A stretch of 63,905 nucleotides of DNA, filler included, from Octopus bimaculoides (lineage: Eukaryota): the NCBI RefSeq assembly GCF_001194135.2. It is 4 parts of 4 records of this genome, joined end to end, with 100 filler letters (N's around TTAATTAATTAA, not from the genome) between each part and the next. Parts side by side here need not be neighbours in the genome. Positions count along the whole stretch, not along the records: positions 46,998 to 57,290 come from NC_068995.1; positions 57,391 to 63,905 come from NC_068991.1; 2 more parts are not named here. The stretch is one strand, 5' to 3'. This document shows, one piece after another, positions 47,440-61,074 of this stretch. Each line of letters opens with the position of its first letter. Within the stretch, counting starts at the first letter, position 1. The position numbers were made by a program, and so were the translations under genes. Below the pieces are notes generated by a model that had not been told where the DNA came from, did not search any database, and was given only the letters and a program-made list of their open reading frames with translations.

Positions 47440-48130
47440 AGATATTACACAATGAGTTCAGACAAACAAGGAAATAAATTTTCTGATACAGTTCTATATT
47501 TAAGAGATGAGGAATTATATACATTATTTACATTTGACGGATATTTGTCCTCATCTTTGTTGTCAACACAACGTTTCGGATAATATACCCTCCAGCCTTC
47601 ATCAGGTGTCTTGGAGAAATTTCGAACCTGAGTTCTCATTCCTAAGGTATTTTTCGATGCTATTATTATTATTATTATTCAGGTCACTGCCTGGAATCGA
47701 ACTCGGAATGTTGGGGTTAATAGCCCGAGATATTAACCACTACGTCAAATGCGCGTGGGCAATTATGGAGTGAATTTTTAGGGCTTATAAACCTAATATT
47801 CTCCTATCATTCCTTAATACCGGTTCCCATATGCTGTTCATATCTGCACTCGGTCTGCTTAGGAGGTTGTTGTGTCCTAGCATATGTGCTGCTTCTTTTG
47901 GTTTTCGTATTTTCCAGTGGTGATCCCTGTCTATTATTTTAACTTCATCCCACAAGGGGAGGTGGTCTCCATTTTTCTGGATTTAAGTATTCGGTTTTCT
48001 TTTTTTTTTTTTTAGCTAGCCATTCTTTTCAATATTTTCGATTTTGCACTGCATTGACCGTGTACATTTAACCATCAGCCTTTTTATGTTTTAGAACGGA
48101 TTTACAATTTCAGGCGATCGCATACGGATA
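47440..48130 (-). mobile_element. Penelope-like element 3' end: GIY-YIG C-terminus, tRNA-like segment, pLTR-like tail
   Basis: GDHLPLWDEVKIIDRDHHWKIRKPKEAAHMLGHNNLLSRPSADMNSIWEPVL...* (stop 47785) fits the PLE endonuclease H..W..V.I......W..RK.KEA pattern. The tail contains CTGATGA...CCGAAACG. Confidence 0.75.
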
Positions 48131-48661
48131 TACGTTTTATATTTATAGATTTATATATCTTTTTACAGATATGTTTCTTGTATTTATATATTATATATTT
48201 TATACGATAAATGATGTCTTCCGAAAAATATATTGAGGAAAATAATCTATTTTTTGGTTGTCAATATCTCGAAAATTTACCTTTTCATTGAAGCCTACGT
48301 TACCCGCTATTCTCTTAGCTCTATTTACTGGGCGCTAACTTATTTCCCTGTATAAGAAATTCATTTCCTTGAATTTTCTTCTTNNNNNNNNNNNNNNNNN
48401 NNNNNNNNNNNNNNNNNNNNNNNNNNNNNNNNNNNNNNNNNNNNNNNNNNNNNNNNNNNNNNNNNNNNNNNNNNNNNNNNNNNNNNNNNNNNNNNNNNNN
48501 NNNNNNNNNNNNNNNNNNNNNNNNNNNNNNNNNNNNNNNNNNNNNNNNNNNNNNNNNNNNNNNNNNNNNNNNNNNNNNNNNNNNNNNNNNNNNNNNNNNN
48601 NNNNNNNNNNNNNNNNNNNNNNNNNNNNNNNNNNNNNNNNNNNNNNNNNNNNNNNNNNNNN

Positions 48662-48699
<38 letters not shown>

Positions 48700-48850
48700 T
48701 ATATACGAGCATTAATAAATATATATTTATATGCATACATGTATAAATATACATAAAGTATAACCTATCTATATATATAAATATATATATATGCATATGT
48801 ATATATCATGTATATATATAAATAACACTTATACTCATAAATGCATGCTT

Positions 48851-48905
<55 letters not shown>

Positions 48906-49746
48906 CCACACATACATACATACACGCATACATACATGCATAAACACACAACCACAATTTACAAAGAGGAAACGCTCGTGAAAATTGCTATACAAGACAC
49001 GAGGTTAATAGTCCGATTAATGTTTATTATTCTAATAATACTTCATCTGGGAAATATTGACATATCATTATCTCGCAAAAATATCACTTGTAACAATTTT
49101 CGAAAGACAAATTATAACTGAAGATGTATTACAAAAACAATAACAACAGATTTCAGAAAAGACCACCCCCTCCTGTTTGAATCAATGATAACATCAACGA
49201 AACAAAGAAGAGAGAGAAAGAGAGGGTGAGAGAGAGGCAGAGGGAAAATGAGAGACAAATACAGAAAAGAATGGGAGGTAAATGAGAAAATTTTAACGAA
49301 GACATGTCGTTTGCAATTCTCAGATGCGAGCATGACAGTTGCAAATGTCAAGTCAGCAAAGATATAGCACGTCTGTACAAGTTTCGTAATTTTAACAAGA
49401 CCTCAAACGGTGAAAGACTCTAAATACGGTGCACCAAACACGCACTTCGTTAGAGAGAAATGCAAAGTAGATAGAAAAAAGAAAGAAAAAAATTCATCTG
49501 TGCAAATCCATACAAACGTTTTGAGTTAGCCATTTTGAAATGAACAATAAAAACAAACCCCGAGTTTATAACAATATAGTTTACACATTTGAATAGAGAG
49601 ACAAATATATACACATATATATATATGCACACATGAACAAAACACATAAACAATCACACACACACACACACATGCGCGCACACAGGTACATATATATATA
49701 TATATATATATAACCGCACACACAAACATACTCACTATCTGTCTGC

Positions 49747-49820
<74 letters not shown>

Positions 49821-49849
49821 GTCTGTCTGTCTATCTGTCTGTCTGTCTC

Positions 49850-49908
<59 letters not shown>

Positions 49909-49944
49909 GTCTGTCTGTCTGTCTGTCTGTCTGTNNNNNNNNNN

Positions 49945-50010
<66 letters not shown>

Positions 50011-51650
50011 ACTGTCTGTTTATCTGTCTGTCTGTCTGTATGTTTGTATGTATGTATGAATGTATGTATATATGTATACTATACAATATGGATGGACGGA
50101 TTGATGTATATATGTATATAAAACTGCATATATAAATTGGTAAGCCTTTACGAAACCTTCCCAAACTCTGTTTCCAGTTTGCAAGCCATGAACTTTGACC
50201 TGACAACCTGCTGTTCAATTTTTCTTGACCCGATGTTGTTGTCAGTATCTCCTGGCGTTGACATGGGTGTTGTCCAGGAAAAAGAGGGACACAGTTCTGA
50301 ATGCCATCTCTCTCACACGCTCTTTCACTATATATACATTTATACACATAAATATATATATTATATATGCATATATATATATGTATATGCCTATATATAT
50401 GCATATATATTTTTATGTATATACTGTTATATATATATGTATGAATAGAGGTTGACGGGGGAAGTGGTGGTGGTTGTGGTGGCGGTGCTGGTGGTGGTGG
50501 TGTGTTTGGCGTTCTGTAATGGTGTCGACATAATGAGCCGGGCGAGTTGGGGCGAGGATCAGTATGACACAATTTAGTCAGGGTGATACGGGGTGTGGAG
50601 AGTGGAGTGGGAGGAAATATTGTAACGCTAGGCAATGTGGAACCAGTGGGGGTGGCGATGGTTATGAGAATGGCGGTAGTGTTCATAATTGTTACGGTGA
50701 TAATGGCGGCAGTGGTAGCGAATGAAGATGTTGGTGTTGTTGATAATGTTGGTGTAATGGTGATGATGGCCGTGATAGTGTTGCTACTGTTGTTGGTGTT
50801 ATTTATGGTGGTGGCAGTTGTGGTGGTATAGATTGTAGTTGAGGTGGTGGTTTTAGTGGTAACAGCGATGGTGGGGGGGGCCTGGTGGCGATGATACGGT
50901 TCTTAATGATGATGGTGGTGCAGTTGTTGGTGCTGCTGTTGTAATAATAGTTGTTGTTGTTAGTGGTGTGGCATCATTATTGCTAGATATATCATGAAAG
51001 ACATTCTAGTCATGACCATTCCGTATTATTTCAGAAGTTTCAAGAAGATAATTATTCAAAACATTCTTCGTCTTTTTCTGAAGACTTCAAGCTGCCCCTT
51101 GACCAAGATTTGGCTGCTATTACTAGCAGACCGAGCAAGCAGAGTCTACGTCATTTGGGATATCATTGGCAATAATGATGGCGGCTGTGATGATACGACG
51201 GACTGGAGACCCATTCAGGAGCCAATATATGGGGCACAGAGACCTGGAAATCGGCCCAATAAGAGTATAGGACTCGGAAAGGAGCTATACTAGTGATGAT
51301 GGCGATAGTGATGATGCTAGTTCCTGTGATGGTGGTGGTGGTATTCTTGGTGGTGGTAGCGGTGTTGTTGATTGTTCGTGGTTGTGTTGGCGGTGATGGT
51401 GGTGGTGTTATTGGTAGAGATGGTGACGGCGCTCTTATTGTTGCTCGGTGTCGATAATGGTGATGATGATGATGATGATGATGGTGTTATTAATGTTGAT
51501 ATTGCTGTTGTTGCTCCTGATGGTGTTGGTGTTGGTATTGTTGTTGCTGTTGCTGTTATTGGTACAACAGTATCATATAGATATTGGAGAGAAGGAAACG
51601 GAGAACAACGTAGGAGAGGAGTGGGAGAAGAGGAAGAAAAGAAAGATTGT

Positions 51651-51689
<39 letters not shown>

Positions 51690-51699
51690 NNNNNNNNNN

Positions 51700-51743
<44 letters not shown>

Positions 51744-52719
51744 GAAGAGAGAGAGATATGTATAAAGGGAGAGATGGATTTATAAAGAATAGAAAGCAAA
51801 AGTGACAGGGAAGAGATAAAATAAAAGGAGAAAAGGTAAAGAGAGAGAGAGAGAGAGAGAGAGAGGGGAGAGTAGGAGGACGAGAGGTTAAGACAGAAAA
51901 GGGAAGATAAAGTGGGATGAGAGAGAGAGGGAGGGGAAGAGAGAAAGAGAGAGAGGGAGAGAGAGAATGATTGTAGAGAAGGAAAATACGTGAGAGGATA
52001 AGAGACGGAGAGTTCCATACAAAGGTTTCGATGGGCACGCAGTATGGCGGTGTTGTGTTGGAGGGAGATCAGCGGGAGATGCGATGTGCAGATGTCAGCT
52101 GCAGTGATTGAAGTCTCAAACACAAACAACGCGTCACAGCTAATGAAATGTCAAGAGATTATTAATTGAACCGTTTTCTACGCCAAACTTGTATGAAGCC
52201 ATCTTGGCTGAATGTAACACTGGCTGCCATTTTGTCCAACCTCTGACGACATAGTTACACACAAACACAGTCGCCCACACGCAGTCATACTCACTCACAC
52301 ACATACAAACACACACACACACACACGCACACGACACGCACACATAGTTTTATATACATACATACTGACAGACATGTATAACATAGCCACACACAGAGAC
52401 GTACATACATAAGTTTATATATGCACAGAGGTAAATGTATGTCTACAAACGTACACATACAGGCATACATAAATATATAAATTTCATACATACACAAACA
52501 TTCGAACATTCATACACACAAACACAGAAAAACAAAAGTATACACATAAACTTTCATGCACACACACACGCGCGCGCACGCAAGCACGTGCGTATTCAAA
52601 CACATACACATGCTTGCATATTCGTTGTATGTGTATATGCATAAAGGCTATACATTTATACACAAGTGACCATGTATATACGATCATATACGAATGTAAT
52701 TCAACCATATGTGTGTGTA

Positions 52720-52753
<34 letters not shown>

Positions 52754-53264
52754 ATTGCTTGCGTACATATAAATATGTATATATATATATATATGAATAT
52801 ATATATATGTATATATATATGTATATGTATATATATGTATATACATACATACATACATACATATANNNNNNNNNNNNNNNNNNNNNNNNNNNNNNNNNNN
52901 NNNNNNNNNNNNNNNNNNNNNNNNNNNNNNNNNNNNNNNNNNNNNNNNNNNNNNNNNNNNNNNNNNNNNNNNNNNNNNNNNNNNNNNNNNNNNNNNNNNN
53001 NNNNNNNNNNNNNNNNNNNNNNNNNNNNNNNNNNNNNNNNNNNNNNNNNNNNNNNNNNNNNNNNNNNNNNNNNNNNNNNNNNNNNNNNNNNNNNNNNNNN
53101 NNNNNNNNNNNNNNNNNNNNNNNNNNNNNNNNNNNNNNNNNNNNNNNNNNNNNNNNNNNNNNNNNNTACCTATCTATAAATATCAATAATGGTTTATGTC
53201 AAAGTATAATTAGACGTTCCACAAACGCATAGCGTAAACTTGTAATAAATGTCTATTTAACTGC

Positions 53265-53339
<75 letters not shown>

Positions 53340-53399
53340 GTAATAATAGTAATAGTAATAATATTAATAAAAATAAAAATAATAATAATAATGATGATG

Positions 53400-53438
<39 letters not shown>

Positions 53439-53452
53439 GTAATAGTAATAAT

Positions 53453-53503
<51 letters not shown>

Positions 53504-53533
53504 TAATAATAATAATAATAATAATGATAATAA
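53265..53533. repeat. Long (AAT)n microsatellite
   Basis: Visible directly. Confidence 0.97.
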
Positions 53534-53756
53534 ATCGTGTTAACTGGAATGACTCATGTACTGAGAAGAGTATTATCGTTGTGAAAACAACATCCATTCA
53601 TGAATTTATTTATTTATTAATTTTTTAAAATACATATATTACCTGTGAATTTGCGTGTGCAAACTGGGAATGCGTACAATGAGTTTCTCTACCTCAGGTG
53701 TACGGAAAACACTGGGCGAGAAATGGAAGAAAATTTGAAGAAAGAAGAAAAGAAAT

Positions 53757-53824
<68 letters not shown>

Positions 53825-53889
53825 GATAATGATGATGATGATGATGATGATAATAATAATAATAATAACAACAATAACAATAAATCTAC

Positions 53890-54250
53890 CTTGAAGCACC
53901 TTGAAGTAAGATCATACACAGACAGTAAGCAACTTGCCAACGTCAGAAGAAATATGAAAAAGAAATGACTAACTGAATTAGAGATTGACCAAATAAAACA
54001 ATCAGTAAGAGATAAAGGGAACGAAGATGCAGCTAAAGAAGATACTACAGGGGAAATAATTATAGACCAGCCCAGGTCTGATGAAAAGGCAGTAATGATT
54101 GAAAGAGTTAATGTAACTGATAGGCAAAGTGAAATACTCTCTGAACCAACCATAAACACCAAGACATATGAAAATCAAATAGATGAAGAAAGTCACACAG
54201 AAATTGAACAGGATCGAAGCGATCATTTATTTAACCATATCAGTCGTGAC
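53890..54250 (+). mobile_element. Possible N-terminal fragment of an R4/Dong-like ORF
   Basis: DSKQLANVRRNMKKK*LTELEIDQIKQSV followed by an acidic spacer resembles the (D/E)QxLAxxxRxIxxxxWLSxLExExI motif I recall from R4-clade N-termini. One in-frame stop. Confidence 0.45.
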
Positions 54251-54496
54251 TTCGTTTCGATATCATTAACTGGTCAGTTACTGAAATATGTAATCGTGAC
54301 AGAAAAATACGAAAATTGTTGACAATGCATAGAATGCCCCTGGGGGCATTCTGGAACGACTTTACCTGCCAAGAAAAAAGGGTGGCCGTCGACTTTTACA
54401 ACTGGAATTAACAATGAAGATTGCCACAATTGGCCTAAACACCTATCTGAAAAACACTGATGATTGGATGTTAAAACTTGTCTTAACTTGTGTGTG

Positions 54497-54577
<81 letters not shown>

Positions 54578-55309
54578 TGAAATTTTTTATTCAGTTTTTG
54601 TAGTGAGTGAATGTGTGAGTGATTGACAGAGAAAAACCGAGAGAGAGAGAGAGTAATTATGTATGTATGTATGTACGTACACGCACGCAGGTTGTTTTAA
54701 TCGATTTTCTCGGTAACTATGGGGGCTAGGAAAAAAATACGAAGCGCGTTCCAATCTATGCACCCGTCTCCACATGTGTGCCATTTTTCATGCGAATCCA
54801 ACCAACCGTGAACATCGGGACAAGAAGAATACAACGGTCGCCAATGTTCAATTTATATTATAGATTTTGTACCACTCTCTTATTCTTTCTTTCTTTCTAT
54901 CAGCCCCTTCACACTTACTTTGTTCTTTCGCTCTTCTTTCTTTCGTTCTCCCTCTCTCAAATTACCTGGCTTTTCCTTCATTCTTAGCTTCCCTTCTCTA
55001 TCACTTCACTCTGTCCCTTTTTTTTTCTCGTCCCTCCTCAATTCTTCTATCCCTCTGCCTCTACCTCTCTCCTGTCTCTCCACGTGACCGGTGTTCGGCC
55101 AAGCTTGAGCTTTCTTTCTTGGTTCGACTACCATCCGTACAACATCTATATTCCTCCCCATGCCTGTCATCACTTATGTCCCTGCCGTAAGGCTTCACTT
55201 CCACACACGCCAGCTTAATTTAATTCGTCCTTAGTCGAAGACACCTGCTGTTAATGTCCTGTTATTTGCTTTCGTATTTGTGTACCATTTCTCCGTTTTT
55301 TCCGTCTTG

Positions 55310-55545
55310 TTTACGTATACATTCGCTGCTTTCTTCCAAGGAATCTAGTTGTCTTAGCTTAGCTTTTTTCCTTGAGGCTGGCCAGATTGGAGAAATGTCG
55401 AGTATAACCAGCTAAAATTGCAAAGATAATCTGGAACTCGACTGAAGAAAGAAAACTCCGAATGACCCGTCCTTGTTTTTTTTCATGTCTCTTTCTTTGT
55501 ATCATCTGTCTGAATGTTTTGCGTTCTTGTCCCATTTTTTTTTGT
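55310..55545 (+). repeat. Dispersed repeat family (also 59100-59351 and 3' part at 35961-36055), possibly Penelope-derived
   Basis: Shared GCTGCTTTCTTCCAAGGAATCTA...AAATTGCAAAGATAATCTGGA..TCGACTGA(A/G)GAAAGAAAACTCCGAAT...CTGTCTG(A/G)ATGTTTTGC. Confidence 0.75.
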
Positions 55546-55683
55546 ATTCCTTCATATATATTTATAATATATATATTATCTTCTTGATAATTTGCTTTCG
55601 CAATGAAAACCGGTTAGAAATCTTTATTAAAATATGCTTCCAGTTNNNNNNNNNNAGAGAGAGAGAGAGCGATAGAGAGAAAG

Positions 55684-55726
<43 letters not shown>

Positions 55727-55919
55727 TGTATGCACATATACATATATATGTATATATACACATACAACAAACACACATCGATATAGAGATAACATATATC
55801 ATCCTTACATTATCATTCTCTACTGTCTTTCGCTCTAACCCTTTCATTTTCTCTTTTTCCTCTTTCTCCTCTCACACGTTCTCCTCACTTTCTTTCCCCC
55901 TTCTCTCCACCTTTCTCTC

Positions 55920-56055
55920 TCAACCTCAGTCTCTCTCTCTCCCTCAGTCTCTCTCTCTCCCTCAGTCTCTCTCTCTCTNNNNNNNNNNCTCTCCCTCTCC
56001 CTCAGTCTCTCTCTCTCCCTCAGTCTCTCTCTCTCCCTCAGTCTCTCTCTCTCTC
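55920..56055. repeat. About 18-nt CTCAGTCTCTCTCTCTCC tandem repeat
   Basis: Several copies visible around a small gap. Confidence 0.85.
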
Positions 56056-56674
56056 CCTCTCTTTCCCCTTTATTTCTACCCTCTCTACAGTTCAAAACTC
56101 CTCCATCATCCAACTCACTGACTCCCATTGAACATACCACAATAGGGACCAATCGCTACAATCCCTCATTCTTGAAATTTTAAACATTACAAAAGATACT
56201 GTGACGTCACTTGTACCCAAATCCACCCACCCGCCTATCTACCTACATACCTACCTCTCCTGCTGGTATTCATCTCTGCTCCACCTCTATTCAAACACTA
56301 CACAGAGTGGTATCTGGTGCAATGACCCCTCCATCCCTCTCGACTCTTTCTACCCAACCCCGTTTGGGTTACTCCGGCTCTGTTTAGACCAAGTCCCTTT
56401 TTTTTTACTGAACTCCTTAGCTATTTCTACACATGGCACAAACAATAGTACAGTGCGTGTGTTTATGTATGTATGTATGTACGTACGTATGTATGTATGC
56501 ATGCTTGTATGTGTGTGTGTATGCATGTATGCGTGAATGAATGTATGGCTGGACAAGCACACATTTGTGTGTATGTATATTGCAGTATGTATATGTATAT
56601 ATATATATAAGTATGTGTGCGTGTGTGTGTATGTGTGTGTGTGTAGGTATGCATGTTTGTGTGTAAATATATGT

Positions 56675-56882
56675 GTCTGTCTTTGTAACTGTGCTTGTCA
56701 CCCACAACCGCTTGATAACCGATAATGATTTGTTTGCAACCCCGTAACCTAGCAGTTTGACAAAATAGACCGATAGAATAAGTTCAGACTTAAAAATAGA
56801 TATTGGTTTCGATTTGTTCGACAAAACCCTTCAAGGTGGTACCCCAGCATGACCGCAGTCCAATACTATAACAAGTTAAAGA
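56675..56882 (+). mobile_element. Family B SINE 3' half
   Basis: CGCTTGATAACCG...CCCCGTAACCTAGCAGTT...ATAGACCGATAGAATAAGT...CCCCAGCATGACCGCAGTC. Confidence 0.8.
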
Positions 56883-56995
56883 AACTATTGAAGGTAAAGT
56901 TTATTGATATGTTAGAAAATACAAAACAAAAATGTCTCTCTCTATAGTCTGAGTTCAAATCCCCTACTTCTCCAATACCACCATCCTCACAGGTA

Positions 56996-57163
56996 CCCAT
57001 CATTGTCGTCCCTTATCATATCACCGACTCCTTTACCTGCACTCCTAGCAACGTCATTTACTTCATCTTCTGCTCTTTCTGCCCTTCTCTGTACATCGGT
57101 CAAACGGGACGCCGCTTGGCTAACCGGTTCCCGGAGCATGACCATGAACTCTGCTGTGCATAC
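56996..57163 (+). mobile_element. Penelope-like GIY-YIG endonuclease N-terminal fragment
   Basis: YHITDSFTCTPSNVIYFIFCSFCPSLYIGQTGRRLANRFPEH shows the VIY...YIG...R...R..EH core with the FTC..NVIY.I.C..C Cys pattern. Confidence 0.85.
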
Positions 57164-57290
57164 GCACTAACTTTTAACGTTCTACCTCGCTTTCTCTCTC
57201 TCTCTCTCTCTCTCACTCTCTCTCACTCTCTCTCTCTCTCTCTCTAATTATCTATGTCTGTATATATACATATATGCATGAATGTATGTG

Positions 57291-57390
57291 NNNNNNNNNN
57301 NNNNNNNNNNNNNNNNNNNNNNNNNNNNNNNNNNTTAATTAATTAANNNNNNNNNNNNNNNNNNNNNNNNNNNNNNNNNNNNNNNNNNNN
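57291..57390. other. Artificial scaffolding linker N44-TTAATTAATTAA-N44
   Basis: 12-mer at 57335-57346. Confidence 0.95.
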
Positions 57391-57424
57391 ATAATAATAA
57401 TAATAATAATAAATATTATTATTA

Positions 57425-57485
<61 letters not shown>

Positions 57486-57942
57486 AAGTATTATTATTAT
57501 TAGTAGTAGTAGTAGTAGTAGTATCCTCCTCCTCCTCCTCCTCCTCATCATCATCATCATCACCCTTATTATTACATAATTATTTTCGCTATAATCAATG
57601 TTAAGATTGTTATCAATATTATTGTTATTATGAAAGAATAGTTTACTATTGTATTATTTTATTACTATTTCATTATTACTGTGGTTGTTGTTATCATCAT
57701 CATTATTTTTTTTTTCATTATTAACGCTGTTAACATTATTGGCATCGTTATAAGCATTGTACGCTTCATTATCATCGAGTTTCTTTAAAATATAATAACT
57801 ACATAATACTCAAGGACAGTGATGGTAATGACGACGAGGAGAACTGAAGAGGATGGATGAAGTTAGTGGTGATGATGATGATGATGATGAGAAGGAGAAA
57901 GAGAAGGAGTAGTGTGAGGGGAGGTTAAAATAATAATAATAA

Positions 57943-57943
<1 letters not shown>

Positions 57944-57973
<30 letters not shown>

Positions 57974-58031
57974 AAGAAGAAGAAGAAGAAGAAGAAGAAG
58001 AAGAAGAAGAAGAAGAAGAAGAAGAAGAAGA
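57944..58031. repeat. (GAA)n microsatellite
   Basis: Visible directly. Confidence 0.97.
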
Positions 58032-58034
58032 ATG

Positions 58035-58210
58035 CTTACAAATTTTGGCACAAGGCCAGAAATTTTAGTGATGGGGTCTGATGGATTACATCGACTCCAG
58101 TGTTTCACTGGCACTTAATTCATCGACCACGAAAGGATGAAAAACACAAACGACCTCGGCGGAATTCGAACTCACAGCGTAAGACCGGGTCAAAATGCCA
58201 CTAAGCACGC
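58035..58210 (-). mobile_element. Family A SINE
   Basis: CATCGACTCCAGTGTTTCACTGG...GAAAGGATGAAA...GACCTCGGCGGAATTCGAACTC. Confidence 0.8.
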
Positions 58211-59582
58211 CTTAATCGGTAATTTGAACAATTTGAAATTCTGATAAAATCAATAATCTACACATTTTTCAAAGTAAAGAAAGAAAACGTTGCTAGCGAC
58301 AGAGGAAAGACGATCATCAGTGTACCAGTGACGATAGAATCTGCATGGCAAAAGATATGTTACCAACGAAAATACCTCTTTGCCTGTGATATGTACTGGA
58401 GAGCAAACAAGGAGGAAAGACATTTCTCGTCATCTGTAAAATCTCTCCGTATGCCCTCTGAACGACAACTTTTAATTACACAGTGCTATGTAGAAAGTAA
58501 TATCTTTTCCTTCGGTCGGTGTGAGGTTTCTTGGACAGTGTATCTTGGCGAGAAAACGTGCTGAGCCGATGTATCATACACTTTACTATAGACTATTACA
58601 AAAACCATGGGTCGATACAACACGATGTTCACTCGAAGATCATGGACGATGGCGTTGATTTTTGGGCCATGGTTTCTTATGTAGCAGTGTATGGGTAGGT
58701 GGTGAGCATCGACATGAAGTGACATGGGCATCGGAGAGATCTGAATGAGCAACGTAGATAGAATTAAATGAACCCGTCCCCACAGCGCCGAATACTATAT
58801 GACCGTTCTGACGTGGAAAGGGAACAGGGAAAGAAGCAATGAGATTGACGCTGCAGGCTAGAAATCGAAGCTACTGCATTCTTTACCTTAACAGTTACGT
58901 GAGAGTTTCCTGCATGCGGAAACTAGAAAAAAAGGGCCAACAGAGACAGTAACACAAACAGCAGATCACAGAAACTACTGTTTTCAAACTCTCATAGGTG
59001 ACGGTTGTAGAAATAGAAGTGGTGGCTTATCAGTTCCAGAAACCAATGGTCAGATATTTCTCCCTCGACCATAACGAGCAGCACAATCCACTGTCATGTC
59101 CTTGTTTTTGTATACATTCGCTGCTTTCTTCCAAGGAATCTAATGCTCTTAGCTTAGTTTTTCCTTGGGGCTGACCAGATTGGAGCAATCTTGAGCATAA
59201 CCAGCCGAAATTGCAAAGATAATCTGGATCTCGACTGAGGAAAGAAAACTCCGAATAACCTGTCCTTGTTTTCTTTGTATCGTCTATCTGAAAGTTTTGT
59301 TGTCCCTGTTTTGTATCACCTAACTGTCTGGATGTTTTGCACTCTTGTCCTNNNNNNNNNNNNNNNNNNNNNNNNNNNNNNNNNNNNNNNNNNNNNNNNN
59401 NNNNNNNNNNNNNNNNNNNNNNNNNNNNNNNNNNNNNNNNNNNNNNNNNNNNNNNNNNNNNNNNNNNNNNNNNNNNNNNNNNNNNNNNNNNNNNNNNNNN
59501 NNNNNNNNNNNNNNNNNNNNNNNNNNNNNNNNNNNNNNNNNNNNNNNNNNNNNNNNNNNNNNNNNNNNNNNNNNNNNNNNNN

Positions 59583-59629
<47 letters not shown>

Positions 59630-60400
59630 AACATAATTACGCATAAACATAAAAAATACATACACATACAAATTCATCGATACAAAAAAAAAGACACTGA
59701 TTAACATAACCACTGTCTCTCAAGCACACACATACATACTGGCACATACACACAGACACACACATACACACACACAGACGCAGACATGCACACATAAGTA
59801 TATTCACACTCATAAAAGCTTAGCAGAGAAGAATTCAGTGCATCAGACCGTAACCATGGTTGCAAACAGTACAGTGCATATTTTATCCCAGCAGGCCACA
59901 CCCAGTGCTATGTAGCATTCACTAATCGTCTTCAATACCCGCCACCAACAGCGCCAACTCCACCTCCGTTTCCGCCGCCACCACTACCACCACCAGCATC
60001 GCAAACTCAGCTCTCACACATAGTAGGAATACCACGACACAACACTCAACACGTATTTAATATACGATAGACCACGCCATATTGTACAAGAAAAACCGCC
60101 ACTGAGCATACGATAGCCTCCATCACCATCACCATCGGCGCCACCATCACTATCAACACCGTCGCCACCACTATCACCACCATCAGTACCATCACCACCA
60201 CTATCACCAGCACCAGCACCACCACCACCACTGCCACTATCGCAGACAAATACAAAAATGTACACACACACACACACACACACACAATCATATATGCGTC
60301 TTAAATAGGTTCACGCTCGTACGCGTATAAAGCAGGTACTAACGCACACATTCGCACGCACACACACGCACATACATACATATACACACATACGCACTCA

Positions 60401-60620
60401 AAGGCGGCGAGCTGGCAGAAACGTTAGGACGCCGGGCGAAATGCTTAGCGGTATTTCGTCTGCCGTTACGTTCTGAGTTCAAATTCCGCCGAGATCGACT
60501 TTCCCCTTCATCCTTTCGGGGTCGATAAATTAAGTACCAGTTACGCACTGGGGTCAATGTGATCGACTTAATCCCTTTGCCTGTCCTTGTTTGTCCCCTC
60601 TGCGTGTAGCCCCTTGTGAG
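60401..60620 (+). mobile_element. Family A SINE, near-consensus
   Basis: AAGGCGGCGAGCTGGCAGAAACGTTAG...GTTCTGAGTTCAAATTCCGCCGAGATCGACTTT...CATCCTTTCGGGGTCGATAAATTAAGTACCAG. Confidence 0.92.
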
Positions 60621-61074
60621 TAGTAATGAAATAACATACATACGCACTCAAGCAATCAATAACACACATACACATCCTCACACACATACATGCATACACA
60701 CACACTCTCTGGCTTTGCTTCTGTCAGCTTCCAAGCTGTCACAAAGACACCAACATGCCACCAGCTTCCTGTCCAACCATACGGCTTACGAAATTATTAT
60801 TTCTAATGCATCTGGTGTTGGTGAAAGGCAGATCTCACTTCTAACAACATGATGTAACCCACCTTTAGCAATGGTGGTCCATTTTTCAGTAGCCATCTTG
60901 GACTTCTTGTGTTTCTTCATTTGGTAATCTGAGCCTGAGCGAGCCGTGTTTCCGTTTGAAGTCTGCGAAACGTTAAGTCGCATGAGGCTGAACCAAAGTG
61001 TTTAGATAATAATTTAATTCCTAATAAATGTGTCGGACGCACTTTTCTTTCGTTTGCACATTCACTGGTATATA

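Noticed and set aside
50994-51293. 99-aa ORF and exon-like stretch
   Set aside because: No donor/acceptor pair with a recognisable product. Traces such as YG-x-ETW across a frameshift suggest a highly decayed RTE, too weak to annotate.
54331-54352. 10-bp palindrome AGAATGCCCC-TG-GGGGCATTCT
   Set aside because: Isolated and short, with no supporting context.
58320-59030. Non-repetitive, coding-like stretch with several short ORFs
   Set aside because: All frames are interrupted and no motif is recognised. It may be a decayed TE, but I cannot support a call.
55436-59265. CTGA(A/G)GA…CCGAAT in the dispersed repeat as a hammerhead core
   Set aside because: Both copies have GAAT instead of GAAA and no convincing stem II.
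60786-60983. Minus ORF with AAGATGGC context and possible donor (…MATEKWTTIAK G|GTGGGT)
   Set aside because: No recognisable homology and no linked exon; cannot be distinguished from chance.
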